A stretch of DNA of 58,658 bases, filler included, from Globobulimina sp. (lineage: Eukaryota), in assembly GCA_003354225.1 (NCBI GenBank). It is 8 parts of 8 records of this genome, joined end to end, with 100 filler letters (N's around TTAATTAATTAA, not from the genome) between each part and the next. Parts side by side here need not be neighbours in the genome. Positions count along the whole stretch, not along the records: positions 29,416 to 36,665 come from PIVH01000182.1; positions 36,766 to 43,999 come from PIVH01000183.1; positions 44,100 to 51,329 come from PIVH01000184.1; 5 more parts are not named here. One strand, given 5' to 3'. Each line of letters opens with the position of its first letter. Positions within the stretch are counted from its first letter, which is position 1. A model generated the notes under the pieces. That model ran no database searches. It had not been told where the DNA came from and was given only the letters and a program-made list of their open reading frames with translations. The position numbers and the translations under genes are program-made. Positions 31,930 through 44,588 of the stretch are shown piece by piece.

Positions 31930-32588
31930 TATCGATAATATTGTGGTACAATTAAGATTTCCAATGGACAGCTTGTCTCAGAGCATCTGCAATATCCTTT
32001 GGTCGAAGCATTAGCTTTGGATTTAACTTATTCTTAATTCGATGCAGAATGTTGTTTTATCATTTAATTCCGTGGCAGTTAAACCCGGCATAATGCCTGA
32101 AACTTTAATCCCAAAATCACCAATTTCTTAGTGTTTTGAAGAAACAATTTGTAAATGCGGGCACACCAAATTTTGTCGCCGCATAAATGCTCATTTTTGG
32201 CCACATTGCGCGTAATGTTGATGCAATTTGAATAATTGCACATGGAGTGAGTGGATATTTTAATTTTGATTCTTTAATATAAGGTATGGAATAAACACAT
32301 CCATGAATCTATTTTTTTATTATCTGCAGCTTCTTTATATAGAATTCCTGCATTATTTATGATTATGTTTTATCGATACAACTTTGGAATGAGTCTGTAT
32401 TTGATATATCACATTGCAATATTAATAAGCTAATATTTGGAGTTCTTCTTTAATTGTGTAATATTTCTGGATAATAATGCAAGTTTATATGTGTTTGAAT
32501 GTGCCAAGCTCAATGCAATTGCTCTGCCAATTCCTTCCGATGCTCCAGTCAACAACACTGTTGGTACCACATTGACACTGCCAGACAT
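31930..32588 (-). pseudogene. Short-chain dehydrogenase (SDR) pseudogene
   Basis: VLLTGASEGIGRAIA, early stop at 32430. Downstream fragments IIQIAS..IYAATKFG, IKVSGIMPG and LRPKDIADA are broken by stops and frameshifts. Confidence 0.8.
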
Positions 32589-32642
32589 AAATGTTTTATG
32601 TTTAAAGAGGTTTTTGAGTGGGTGTTTGCTTGAAGTTGAAGG

Positions 32643-32844
32643 GAAGAAAAAACATAATAAATATAAATTACAGATAATTAATAGCAAAATAAAAAAGAAA
32701 AAAACATAATAAAACGTATAATATTAATTTCTAGAAATTATTATCAGAGTAAAAAAAGTAGAAGAAAAAACATAATAAATATAAATTGCAGATAATTAAT
32801 AGCAAAATAAAAAAGAAAAAACATAATAAAACGTATAATATTAA
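32643..32844 (+). repeat. Direct duplication of about 85 bp (about 32643-32727 and 32761-32844)
   Basis: gaagaaaaaacataataaatataaatt(a/g)cagataattaatagc...aacgtataatattaa occurs twice. Confidence 0.85.
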
Positions 32845-33107
32845 CCTTTTGCAGGAATTGGGGTCATTTGTTTCTAGTTTCGGTATATCAATGTTTGGAT
32901 GATATTTAATAATGATATTTGCCAACGATAAAAACACAAACGACCATATTTCAAAATGTTTCCCAAGTTCGTTTGTGTTTTTATCGTTGGCAAATATCCT
33001 GGAATATACTCACAAATATCATATCCCCAAATATCATTATTAAATATCATCCAAACATTGATATACCGAAACTAGAAACAAATGACCCCAATTCCTGCAA
33101 AAGGTTA
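32841..33107. repeat. Nested foldback (MITE-like): outer inverted repeats of about 80 bp, inner of about 25 bp
   Basis: ttaaccttttgcaggaattggggtc..gatatttg pairs with caaatatc..gaccccaattcctgcaaaaggttaa. Inner tttgccaacgataaaaacacaaacga pairs with tcgtttgtgtttttatcgttggcaaa. Confidence 0.9.
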
Positions 33108-33143
33108 ATAATTTCTAGAAAAAAACATAATAAATTTCGGCCT

Positions 33144-34140
33144 TTAAATAAAAATATCATCGGATACAATATTTGCGGCTGATGGACTGAGTGATGGTGC
33201 TTTGTATCGATAAACACAGAAACAGCACGCGGCAGAAAACAACACCAACAAAACCAAAAATAAATGGATATACGTGACTTGAGACAGAGACACCGCAATC
33301 ACAAAATGATAATGATAATTTACATTCTTTCTCTTTTTCTTTTCATCCACGTTATCCATTAAAGATAAGGCGCTGTAAATAGAGCTAGATATTTTTATTC
33401 TGAATGAATACACATACAAATGTGCAATACAATGTATATACGTATATATATTTTAACTTTGAAGCACTATCGGATGAATCGGATGAATCGTCTGAACCTG
33501 AACTAGAATCACTGCCATATGTTGGTATTACGGTCGTTGGTGTGGCAGTGGTTGGTGTGGCAGTCGTTGGTGCGTCAGTAACTACATTGTAATGTATTCT
33601 GCCATTCCATACTCGCGGTGAAACTGAATGCCCGAAAGGATATACCAAACCAATTCCTTCTTTAAAATCTAAATCCGCGTTTGAAGCAAAAATATCTCCA
33701 ACAGAAACGCCATTTGTGTACGCGAGACCGCCATCAGTCTTCGTGACATAGAAACCTCTGCAATCACCATTGTTGATGAGTGCTGGTATGCTGTTGATAT
33801 TAAATTCATTTAATACTGTTAATGTGCCCTCTGGTTGGCATGTGGCATTTTGTCGGTGAATTAATGTCCATGAGGATGAATCGTTGTTGATCAGGGCATA
33901 CGGTTCGTTTATTGCGGTTGCTATATATATTTCGACTGTATATAAATTATCTTCATCACAATAAAAGGGATCATGATGTATATCAAGTGATGTTATTTCT
34001 ACATTTGTTTTTGCGCATAAATCAAACATATTTCCCTCACCACCATTCCCGCCTTCTAAAGTTGTATCTAATGTCGCCGCAGATGTCCTGGTTAATAACA
34101 ATGAGAATAAGAATAAGGTAAATGATATTATTTGCTTCAT
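33144..34140 (-). CDS. Type I membrane or cell-surface protein with beta-rich ectodomain and PT stalk (intron 33400-33457)
   Basis: Signal peptide; GGNGGEGNMFD..GFYVT..EGIGLVYPFG..PRVWNGRIHY; PTTAT repeats. The splice joins it to a TM helix (IHLFLVLLVLFSAACCFCVY). Confidence 0.75.
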
Positions 34141-34955
34141 GTTGGTCTGTTTCGATAATGTATGTATTATTACTACTTTAGAAACGATGCAACTTTGTCA
34201 GTGTGGTTTTTTTTGCTTCCTCAAAACTTTTAATTTCATAAAAACAGTACTTTTTTTCGATTTTTTGGATTTCCGGGAAAAACAATATTTCCGTGAAAAA
34301 AATAATTCCCATGATTCCATTAAAAACAATATTATTTTTTTATTATGTACGATGCATTATTAAACTATGTACGATGCATTTTTTGGACAAAACATTGTAT
34401 CCAAGGGCGCGCCCCTCGACGTGAAAAACTTTGTTTTCGGAAACACGTTCCTGACTCGATATTACTGAATTTGGATAAAATTGGTATGTGCGCATAATGA
34501 TGCGATAATAAATGATGCGATGCGATACTACTTTCGGATTTATTTTGGAAAATATTACATATTTCCATTTCATGTTTTGATTTCATGAAACCAAACGGCA
34601 AAAAAACTTTAGGTTTTACATTTCTTGAAATAATTACAAATGTTGTTAAAACGGCGCAGACTTCGTGAAAATATGTCGCAAGGATGCTAACTGAAAGAGC
34701 ATCTGGTTTTCAACGTCAGATTATTATTGTTTCTGAGAAACGAAGGCAAACCTATACCTTTGTCAGTCACTAGAAACGGTTTGCATCTACCTTACTCCAA
34801 TAAAAATCTGACGCTGAAAACGGATGCTCTTGACGCTACTGCCAGACATAAATGTTTTATATTTAAAGAGGTTTTTGAATATGTGTTTGATTGAAGTTGA
34901 AGAGCATGTAATCTTTGTTCCAACTTTACTCACAAATAACTAAATCATCACAAAC

Positions 34956-36665
34956 ATGAACTCTGAACTTGAGGGCTCGCCCAGGTCTCCATTCTCAGCT
35001 CAATACTCCACTCATTCATTATCCCCAATCCCTGATCTCAACGACTTCAACGGCGATGACAATATCCCGACAACCACGCCATACACCATAAGCTCAGCGC
35101 AAATAGTGCCAGTACATGACCACGTCGACATAAACATATTGCAAAACGACGATGATGAAGATATCGTAGAACAAAAAAACAAAGAAAAAGTAGTGGATCG
35201 CTTTAGTATTATAGTAGATTCGCGCAACAACACCACCATAAAACATCGTTATAGCGTCGACCCGGACGCAGATGACGCGGACGACCAATTCTCTCCTCGT
35301 TCCACCAACTCCGATGCCGATGCCGATGCCGATGCCACTGCTTCACACCACACAGACGACGACTATGCACATGCTCACTTACAGAAACCTCAAGACATTG
35401 GCTATGTGGCACTGCTGCAAAACAGTGAGAGTAGAAACAGCAACAAATTCACATTAAACAATATCAGCAACATAGCCTTCTCGATCAGCACCGACAAATC
35501 CTCCAAATCCTGCATAAATAGGAACAACTCACCTGGCTTCACATTGAATTCCATCCAGGAACACACAGTGAATCGCGATCTTAGCCCTGTTGGCCATATA
35601 CACAATGATGCATTGCGAGAATTGTCCTCTGCACAGACCAGCACTTTTGACATGATTGGACCTGAAGACATTAGCTCGGCGAGTTCCTTTCAACCCAAAA
35701 AGACGTACGGCTCTGCCAATAATTTGCCTAAAATGAGATCTGTAGTACACACCCATTTGGACCCCAACAACAAGAAACCATCTGTTACTCGCGTACACCA
35801 CTCAGACGACGACGAGGAGGAGTTCGCGCCACCTCCCATCGCGTTGGAGCCCTCAGCGTCGCAGGAACAGGTCGCGAACCTGACCAATTATATAGTGGCC
35901 TTGACGCAGGACCACGAGAAGCTGAAATCTGAGCTAAACAGCATCTTCAATGTAAACGGCGCACCGGAAGGCACTGCCAACGCGGCCACACATATAAACC
36001 CGTCCTCTGCAGAGAAAAACGCACATACTCCGTCGCTATCATCTACCACTCATCGCGTCTTCCCATACCACAACGAACAGCACCACCCATACAATCAATA
36101 TAAATACGACGTCGCCTTTCTAGTGTCGCAGCCCATACTACATAGCACTGGCTCTGAGGTGTTGCCTGTCGAGCCCTTGAATTGCGAAGACGAAGAAAAA
36201 GCAATGTTAAGTGTATATATATCATAGCATATCCTTGCACTGTGACTGTAACTGTAACTGTTTCACATTTAATATATTATACACTCAGTCAAGAAGCCTT
36301 CAGCAGTTCGGGGCGCAAAATCAATTATGTTCGTAAATTTGCCACAGTGAATAACTTGCGCGAATTAGTGACTGCCGGCACCCAAATCATCCATTATTGC
36401 GGCCACGGCATCCGCAAAGCGTTGATCTTTGAAAACGACATGGCGCAGCAAATTGGGATGAGCCATAGGCTGAGCGCCAACCATTTACGCAAACTGATCT
36501 CTGCGGGCCATTCGCAAGACGTATCTGCATCCAATATATCGTTAGTCTTTGTGTCGGCGTGCCATTCCGAAGACGCTGGCAAAGCCTTTGTCAATGCGGG
36601 TGCTGCCCACGTGGTAGCTGTCAAGCGAACGGCCGAAATGCACGATATTGCCGCTGGCACCTCCA
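34956..36665 (+). CDS. CHAT-domain (caspase/HetF-like) protein, partial (intron 36206-36288)
   Basis: IIHYCGHG and LVFVSACHS catalytic dyad motifs, LIFEN, FVNAGAAHVVAV. Confidence 0.85.
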
Positions 36666-37079
36666 NNNNNNNNNNNNNNNNNNNNNNNNNNNNNNNNNNN
36701 NNNNNNNNNTTAATTAATTAANNNNNNNNNNNNNNNNNNNNNNNNNNNNNNNNNNNNNNNNNNNNTTGTTTAATTTTTTTATATATTTTCATCATTTTCT
36801 GTGTTTTGTTTTTAAGAAAATTTTTATCTGTTTCCACCTCTATATCTTTTCTATATTATTCATGTGTGTTTTCTTTTATTTTGCCACAACGTTTTCTGAT
36901 TGCAGTGCTATCTATTTATACAGCTGAAAACACATAACATGTAAATCCGAGCAAGTTACACAGTCTCATAGAAAAACTACGGTGAGACTGTCAAAATTAG
37001 ATGAATGGCAGTATGCACTCTCTATTACAAATCCCTGAGTTGTAGAGTTGCGGCACTATTTATATTTTAAATTCTAAGG

Positions 37080-38000
37080 TTAGTATTCACTGTGAAAATA
37101 TTGATTAAAATGTTCATCCTCTTCGTCATCAGTAAAGTGGTCCAGTTTCATTACATTGTCATAATCATCCAACTTATTCTCCTGTTTATTTTCAACTTCA
37201 TTGATACAAAACAATAACAAATCAATCATAGAACTCCCTAAAGAAAATCCAAAAGTGTCAGTAAAATCTTCTCCAACATCATATCCATGAAATGTATAAT
37301 TTTTACCATCCATTTGCTGTACTGTTCGAAATGAGTCTCGATTCAATATCAATTGCATTTGAATTAAATCCAAGGAACGTACACCTATTCCCAATGTAAA
37401 ATCACTTATAACATTCATAACATCTCTCGATAACACCATAAAACAAATGCTATAATATCTAACATAATAGTTACAAATATGATAAATATTTTGTCGAACA
37501 TAAATAGAAGTGGGATATATTAATTTCCATTCACCACAGCCATATATATTAGTAATGAGTGCATCAACTGCAAAATGACTATTTGCGCCGCTCCCTTTGT
37601 GTATTTGTGCTCTCCATTCCTTACAATTGCCGTCACTGTTCATTCGCAAATCAACTTTCATAAATTCAAATGATTTCCCTCTTTCTCCCATCACCCAAAC
37701 GCCAACAATATTTTGTAAAACTTCTATATCCAACCACTCGATCCATGCGGGTGCCATTTTACTTTCATTGTTGCATATCTTTGTTGTTGTTGCTTCCTGG
37801 AATGGATTATATTTTATGATTGCTTTCGATTTTGGTTTATTAGTAACTGTTGAAATATTGTTGTTTATTATTCTCTCTACAATATCTTTTTTTGTTCCCT
37901 TATATGGTATACTCTGTTTTATACATTCCTTAATAAGCTTTGCACGCGTCATTTGCAGCAAATTCCTGCGCATTGCCGCAATGTCAATAATATTCTCCAT
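37080..38000 (-). CDS. Protein with N-terminal SAP-like domain
   Basis: LLQMTRAKLIKECIKQSIPYKGTKKDIVERII. Confidence 0.6.
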   Translation of the reverse strand: MENIIDIAAMRRNLLQMTRAKLIKECIKQSIPYKGTKKDIVERIINNNISTVTNKPKSKAIIKYNPFQEATTTKICNNESKMAPAWIEWLDIEVLQNIVGVWVMGERGKSFEFMKVDLRMNSDGNCKEWRAQIHKGSGANSHFAVDALITNIYGCGEWKLIYPTSIYVRQNIYHICNYYVRYYSICFMVLSRDVMNVISDFTLGIGVRSLDLIQMQLILNRDSFRTVQQMDGKNYTFHGYDVGEDFTDTFGFSLGSSMIDLLLFCINEVENKQENKLDDYDNVMKLDHFTDDEEDEHFNQYFHSEY

Positions 38001-38099
38001 TATTTTTAGTGTTTTCAAAACAAGTTAAAGGCCGTCAACCAATGACAAAATTCATAAGATATATAATATATTTACAGTTTACACAAGAAAAGAAAGCAT

Positions 38100-39077
38100 T
38101 CATTGATTGTCATTTTTATGCTTTGTATCAATCTCGTCTTTTATGACTAACGTAACAAAGTTCTGATCACCCGATACATTTTTTAAATGTTCTTTTGTAT
38201 AATTATCAGTATTATGAAGCCATTTCTCTTCAATTGGTCGGTATAATTGATTTATTTGTAATGTAATTAATGAAATACAATTATATAATTCTTGTAAATT
38301 ATGAATGATAATGGGATTATATTTGAAATGTAATGCATCGATCATAGCACCAGTTAAAGAGCAACAGTTTGAAGCAATCTTTTGAAATACAATGGATTTC
38401 GAGAGTTTTGTTTTATTTTTTGTTGATATTTGCGTGGAATGAATAATTTCATTTAATGAGTCTTGTATTTCTTGCGTATATTGATATTCTTCCGAGTCTT
38501 TATCTAAATCATCTTCACTTAAATCAATATGATAAAATTGCCACATTCGATTTAAATAATTTGTCACAAAAATTAAATAAACTCTACGAAAATCCACAAC
38601 AATCGCTTTCTTACTGTGACCACCACCTTTTTCACTCCATTGCCAATCTAATAATTGCATGGTGGTAAACTGTTTATTTTTGACATGGATCTTCCGAAAA
38701 TATTCTGGGATTTGCGCATACGACGCAAATATTCTTCCAATTACTGTTTGATGACAAAATAACAGCAATAATCGAACAAATTGGGTATTTCCAGAAGTTG
38801 TTGTTTTATATACATTCATTATAAATTGTTCGACAATTTCATTTGAATATTTTATATCATATACATTCTTATCGCTTTCTTTAATATCACTTTCAATTTT
38901 GGGATATTCCCATTTTACTCCTTTGGCTTTCCAATCATTTATTTCTTGTTCAACAAATGCATCATAAGGTATTGGTTCTGCCACTGTAAAATATACACAT
39001 CTCGTTGTAACAAATGAAAATAAGTACTAGTATGTATAACGCAAACAACCTTCTGTTATAGTAACTGCTTCTGCCAT
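38100..39077 (-). CDS. Hypothetical protein of about 300 aa (short first exon, then intron)
   Basis: ATG at 39077 (MAEAVTITE) splices via GT-AG to VAEPIPYD.. of ORF 38100-38984. Confidence 0.6.
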
Positions 39078-39307
39078 TGTTCAAGGTTCACTCAAATATC
39101 AAGGTTCACCCAAAATGGTTGACATGCAAATTTTGTGGACAGTACGAAAATCGCTTTTTTTTCAAAGACTTGTTTCCTTAAAGTATAGTATTCTATCACA
39201 TGGATTTGATGATTTCTACAACCGTGATTGATGTGCGACTCTTTCAAGCGCAACAAATATCCAATTGGATCAAACTTTAACTAGTCATATTTATGTTGCA
39301 AAATAAA

Positions 39308-39874
39308 TTAACAAGGTCCACTTTTAATATTAACAAAAGCATTACTTCCACCAACTCCATTATAAACAGCAGTTGCTACATCGATAGTATTCCGTATAAT
39401 ACAGGTACAATAGGCATCATTTTGATTGTCGCAACATTGCTGTGCATTTTGTGGGTGATATTTAGGACACGCTGATACAATGCGACCAGTTGCATTTCTA
39501 CCATTTGCTGTATTTTGTAAACATATTTGTTTTTCACACGGCGCATAACATTTTGGATAAGCATTATTGGCACATTTATAAATCGGCTGATTCTTATATG
39601 TACAGACTTGTACGATTTGGCCATCAGGACATGAACAACTACATATTATAAATATTTATTAAATATATGCATATAGCAGCATATTAATGTTTGCGACCTA
39701 CCTCACACCAAACATCCCTTCTGATGGAGCAACACCATTATCCTGCCAAGCACAACCATTCACTGTGCCACAGCCTGATTCTCCACCACAAACTGTCATA
39801 TACGCATTATTATAATTTTGTCCAAATGCAGTATAAATCCACACGGCATTGATGACAATATACAACGAGAACAT
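39308..39874 (-). CDS. Secreted Cys-rich protein of 167 aa, DPBB (expansin/barwin/GH45-like) candidate (intron 39639-39701)
   Basis: Assembled by hand. Signal peptide; ICLQNTANGRNATGRIVSACP..TIDVATAVYNGVG. Missed by the ORF track. Confidence 0.6.
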
Positions 39875-40064
39875 GGTTAGTGTGGAGTTGTATATAGTTT
39901 TAAAATCTTCAAGTGCTAATTATGGCGGTCCCTTTTTTCAATTTAAAAAATATTATTTTTTTTCCAAGTTTAATTTATATTAAATTTTAAACAGCTAAAA
40001 CTGGAAAGATTACCAAAGAAAAAAAGCAATTCAACACAAAAAAGTAATTCAACAATACATGTAT

Positions 40065-43000
40065 TCAGACAAAAGTATATTTCCTATCCCTGCCAGTAAT
40101 CCATGTAACCGTTTTATTTACATCCGAGTGTTGAGATAGCGGCGAGGTCGCGCCCTGATTATTATTGTTATCATCATTCACCACTGGGTCCTCACACGAC
40201 GGTGATAACCGTGGTGGTGGCAGCGGCGGCATTTTCTGCTTATGAATCTCTTGTTGAATTAGATTATTATTAAACGATGCAAAATTATTGAAATTGTTTT
40301 CGTTCAAACTGTTTTGAAATTGCTGTGCTATGCCAGGCTCCGATGTGGCACTCCCCGCCGTATGCAATATGCCAATACCAATACCAAGCTGCGCATTCAC
40401 TGCATTGTCGCTATTATGAACACTTGCATTCGAATGCGAATACCGGGAGTTATTCACCGGTGTGCTTTGTACACCAAATAGAACATCCGCGTGGGTCACA
40501 CCATTGCCTCCTTCGTACCGTATTGTCTTCAATGCATCGGAGCATCTCTTATACCAAGAACGATATGAATCGATTATGGCATTGCCACTGTCATTATAAT
40601 GCAGATTGGCAATGGCCATGGAAACAGTCAGATACTTGTCATCATAGCGAAACTCCCGCGTTATCCGACACAATTTCATGATTTCTTTCTGCAAAAAGCG
40701 CGATATCAACAACGATTTGGCCACTTCGCAATTATGCAGCAACAGTGCAAACACATTGTGTCCGTAGCGGAACGACTCGCTTTTTATTTTATTCCCTTTT
40801 TTGCCCTGTTCATTGACGGAGATATTGTTGTTATGTTGCGAATTGAATGAAGATTGCGAGTCTAGCAAAGATTGTATGTCCTGGTCGTAACTGCCCAATT
40901 GTGACTGTGTGGTGGCGTTCCAATTTAAGTTAAAACGCGTACCGATATTATCCACCACTTTGCTCACCTTCGCCATAATGGTATCTTCATTGTATTTCTC
41001 GTCCAGATATTTATTTTCTTGCTTCATCATCTCACTATGCCGGTTACTTAGATTTATTTTCGACGACAACTGGTCGATTTCAATCAACATCAAAGCAATG
41101 GGATGGATGTTCTTTGCTTTTACCACGGACAATATCGCCGTATTATTGATGTCCGAATCATTTATTTCGTTCAATCCGCACAATATATTATCATCACAAA
41201 TATCTCGCAACCGCTCGTTTAAACGCACTGCGTTGCCCAAACCGGTCAACATGTCCAATAATTCAGACGTACGGTTTGCTTTCATGTCAATGGTAACCGA
41301 CAGCGACGCGCGTTTCATGCGGTTCTTTATAATCATTGGCCGCACAAAGTTGCGGTCGTAGCGATTCAGTGTAATCTGTTCCAATGTGGCGTCTTCAAAA
41401 TCTATCTTGGCCAATTTGTTCGCGTCCATTATATCAATGCGCGAGCTACTTTTGCTCTGTCCGCGCGGCGTGCGTTGTGTCGGCGAAAATGGCGCCGTAT
41501 AATCCGTCAGAACGCTGCCTCGAACGCCATCGTTAGACAGCACATTCACGCTACTAAACGTCACCTTGGCTGCCATCTTGATCTCATCACTGGGCGGTGG
41601 CGGACCGGCGTTAGGCGGTGGGTGTAAATCCAATTTAATGTCTTCAACATCACTGTTATTTGCATAATCAAATGCAACCTCACTGTTATTTTCCTCATTG
41701 CCTTGTTTCAAGGGCGGATCGTTGTGCTTGCTTTGGGTGTTTGTGGGCGTATAATTGGAGTGCAACACAGCGAATTTCACCATGATGTCATCTTCTTTGT
41801 ACAGCTTAGTTATTTTGCCGGGACACCACTTCTCAATGTCTTGCTTGAATATCATCACTGCGTCGCCCACCTTCCATTTAGTGCGCGCCGCATAGTCCTT
41901 TGGGTACATGAAGACGCTGCCCAATGCGCTGAATTGCAGCGCAGATTGCACGCGTTTGATGATGCTGCGTTGGTCGTCGATGTCCGACCAATATTTGGCT
42001 AAACCGCCGCAGATATTTATAAATGAAGCCTGTTGCATGGAAGACAGTGATAGCAAATGTTGTTTGTGCGAGTCTTTGATCTGTTCGATGTACTCTGACG
42101 GGGACATATTATGCATGGACGCCTGCACAACGATGCTGTATAAAAACGATAGATCGTCGATGATGTTATTGATTTTGATCACTAATTCTTGTATTTTTAA
42201 TAAGGCGGAAGTCCGATCGGTGCATAGTGTGAAGTAGAAACGATTGTGTTTGGTGGTGTTGTCGTGATGAATGACATTGGTTTCTGTCTCCTCTTCTTCT
42301 CCCAAGTCGGTCAGTTTCTTGCTAGGCCGGAATTGTGTGATGGCGTTGATATTATGTAAGGACGATATTGATTTCAGTTTGCTGTGGGTTCTGAGTGTCA
42401 AGAGGTGTCGTTCAGACACAGTGACAGCTAAACACATGGCCTGCATAGTGATGTATTTGTGGAAATCGGTCAGTTTTATGGCGGTTAATGTGTTGTTATG
42501 TGCTAAGATGTCCTCATTATCGGAATATATCCCATTGTAAGCCGAGGCAGACGCTTCTTTGCTATGCGGTGTATGGGTGGTGGTCTCTTGTGATATGGAT
42601 TTGGGTGATTTGTTTGGGAATACTTTCAATTTAAAAGCGGATTTTTTGTTTGCTGAGCTTGGTTGTAAGGAAGGTGAATACAGCTTGTTTTGATTGCTTT
42701 TATTGGTGGATGTAAAGGGGGAGAATGAGTGTACTTTGATGATAGAATCGTCTTTGTGATGGTGGTTGTTGTGGTTTTTTCGTATTTTGACCGTTTTTCT
42801 ATAGTCGTGCCAGCGCGGCCTTAGTACCACTAAAATGTCCCCTTGTTTCATGTACTGTTTCTGTGTAAGATGTGCGCGCAAAATGCGCAAGGATGGGTTT
42901 GTGCATATATTAAAATGTGAGTATACAACCTAACTATGCTAGTTTTGGTGTTTATGACCGGATTGTATTGGTCAAATAACTGCAGATCAGAGTTGTTGAC

Positions 43001-43471
43001 GTAAGATAATTGTTCTTCGACTTTCCATTTTTTAAACTGAAACATTACATCGATGTGGCGTTTAATAACTTGTGTGGAAGAGATATATTTCTCCATTTTC
43101 CAGTATTGACAAAAAATAGATTTGCTGATTTTATTTTGTTGTAAGATGTGCATTAAATGCTCGATGGAGTCATATCCAATGTCGTCATCGGGCGGTAAAT
43201 GATTCTTAATTGAAATCTGTAAAATTGAATCGAATTTCAACATTGACATATATTCGATAATGTTGCTCCTATTCATTCGCCATCGTAAATAGATTTTCTT
43301 TATTTTTTCTTCAATTGGATCATTATCTGAATATGGTATCAAACAGGATGTTTTTTTGAAAAATACTTGTTCAGCGTCCTCATTCCCATTCTCATAATGT
43401 GATGCAGTGGTGGATTTTTTTGCTTTTATACCATCCTTTGACGGATTTACAGTTGACGTGCAACACCCCAT
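40065..43471 (-). CDS. Protein of about 1110 aa: MGCC acylation motif, Tudor/SH3-like domain, degenerate GGDEF domain (intron 42861-42934)
   Basis: DMLTGLGN, PIALMLIEIDQL, FRYGHNVFALLL, LTVSMAIA, RCSDAL..EGGNGV follow GGDEF motif order. WKVGDAVMIF..WCPGKI. In-frame 74-nt intron. Confidence 0.8.
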
Positions 43472-44588
43472 TGCAAGAAAAAAGAAGTTTTTTCGAACTC
43501 TCAAACTTTACTTTAGTCATTATCAATTTCCTTATTATTTTTATCATGGACAACCACCTCACTCAGTCAACTCCAATCAACAATGCATTCAATGGCGCAT
43601 TCCATAGAGTCTGCGATGGAGATGGATCTAGTTTTAATTTTTTCCAAGATAATAGCCGAATACATAGTATTAACAGATGCATTTATGCATAGCATTAATA
43701 ACAAACCTTTATTTGTGTTACAAATAATAATCAGTGCCCATTGGTACCTATAATCGATGCTGCATTTAATGCTGGAATTTCAATAACAAAAATTAAAAAA
43801 AATGAAATTAAAGTTGAGTACTAGTATAATATGACATATATATGTTACCTATGTGCGATTTACCGTTACGCGACCCCTAACTCAAAAAGCACAAACGTAA
43901 ATTTTATGGGTGAGCCTTAGGGCTGGCTTTGTCTTGCAATGCGTTGTGAGTCTGTACGTTTGTGTTGGGCTGTTGGTGAGCCTTGTCGTGCTGGTGAGTN
44001 NNNNNNNNNNNNNNNNNNNNNNNNNNNNNNNNNNNNNNNNNNNTTAATTAATTAANNNNNNNNNNNNNNNNNNNNNNNNNNNNNNNNNNNNNNNNNNNNT
44101 AAAAGAAACAAATGAAAATTGACAAACTTTATTGATAATACAGTAGTATTTAATGAGAGTAGTTTCTAAAAATATCTCTTTAGTTTAGTTTAGTATCTTA
44201 TATAGTCGTGAATTCGAACTGAGCATAATATATTACTAATACAATTGAATATGCAGATTCCAGTTTATTATAGTTAGAGAATCCCAAACACAACATTCTT
44301 TCACTTCACTTCACTAACTTACATGCTCTGTTCTTTTTGTTTGAGAAACACTCTTTTAACGCTCAGCTTACCGCTCCTTTATACACTCGCTACAACGCCA
44401 AGAATTGTATTGCCGTGTCTCGGCCGTACATTACAATTTACCTATATTCTATATACAGCTTTTTATTTATATTATCATAATTCCTTTCTTCTTTATAATA
44501 TCCTTCTTATCCATCAATTTTCTGTGTTTCAACAAATTTTTGTTTGTGTTTTTTATTTATTATTATCAATAATTATATTACGTTTAAT

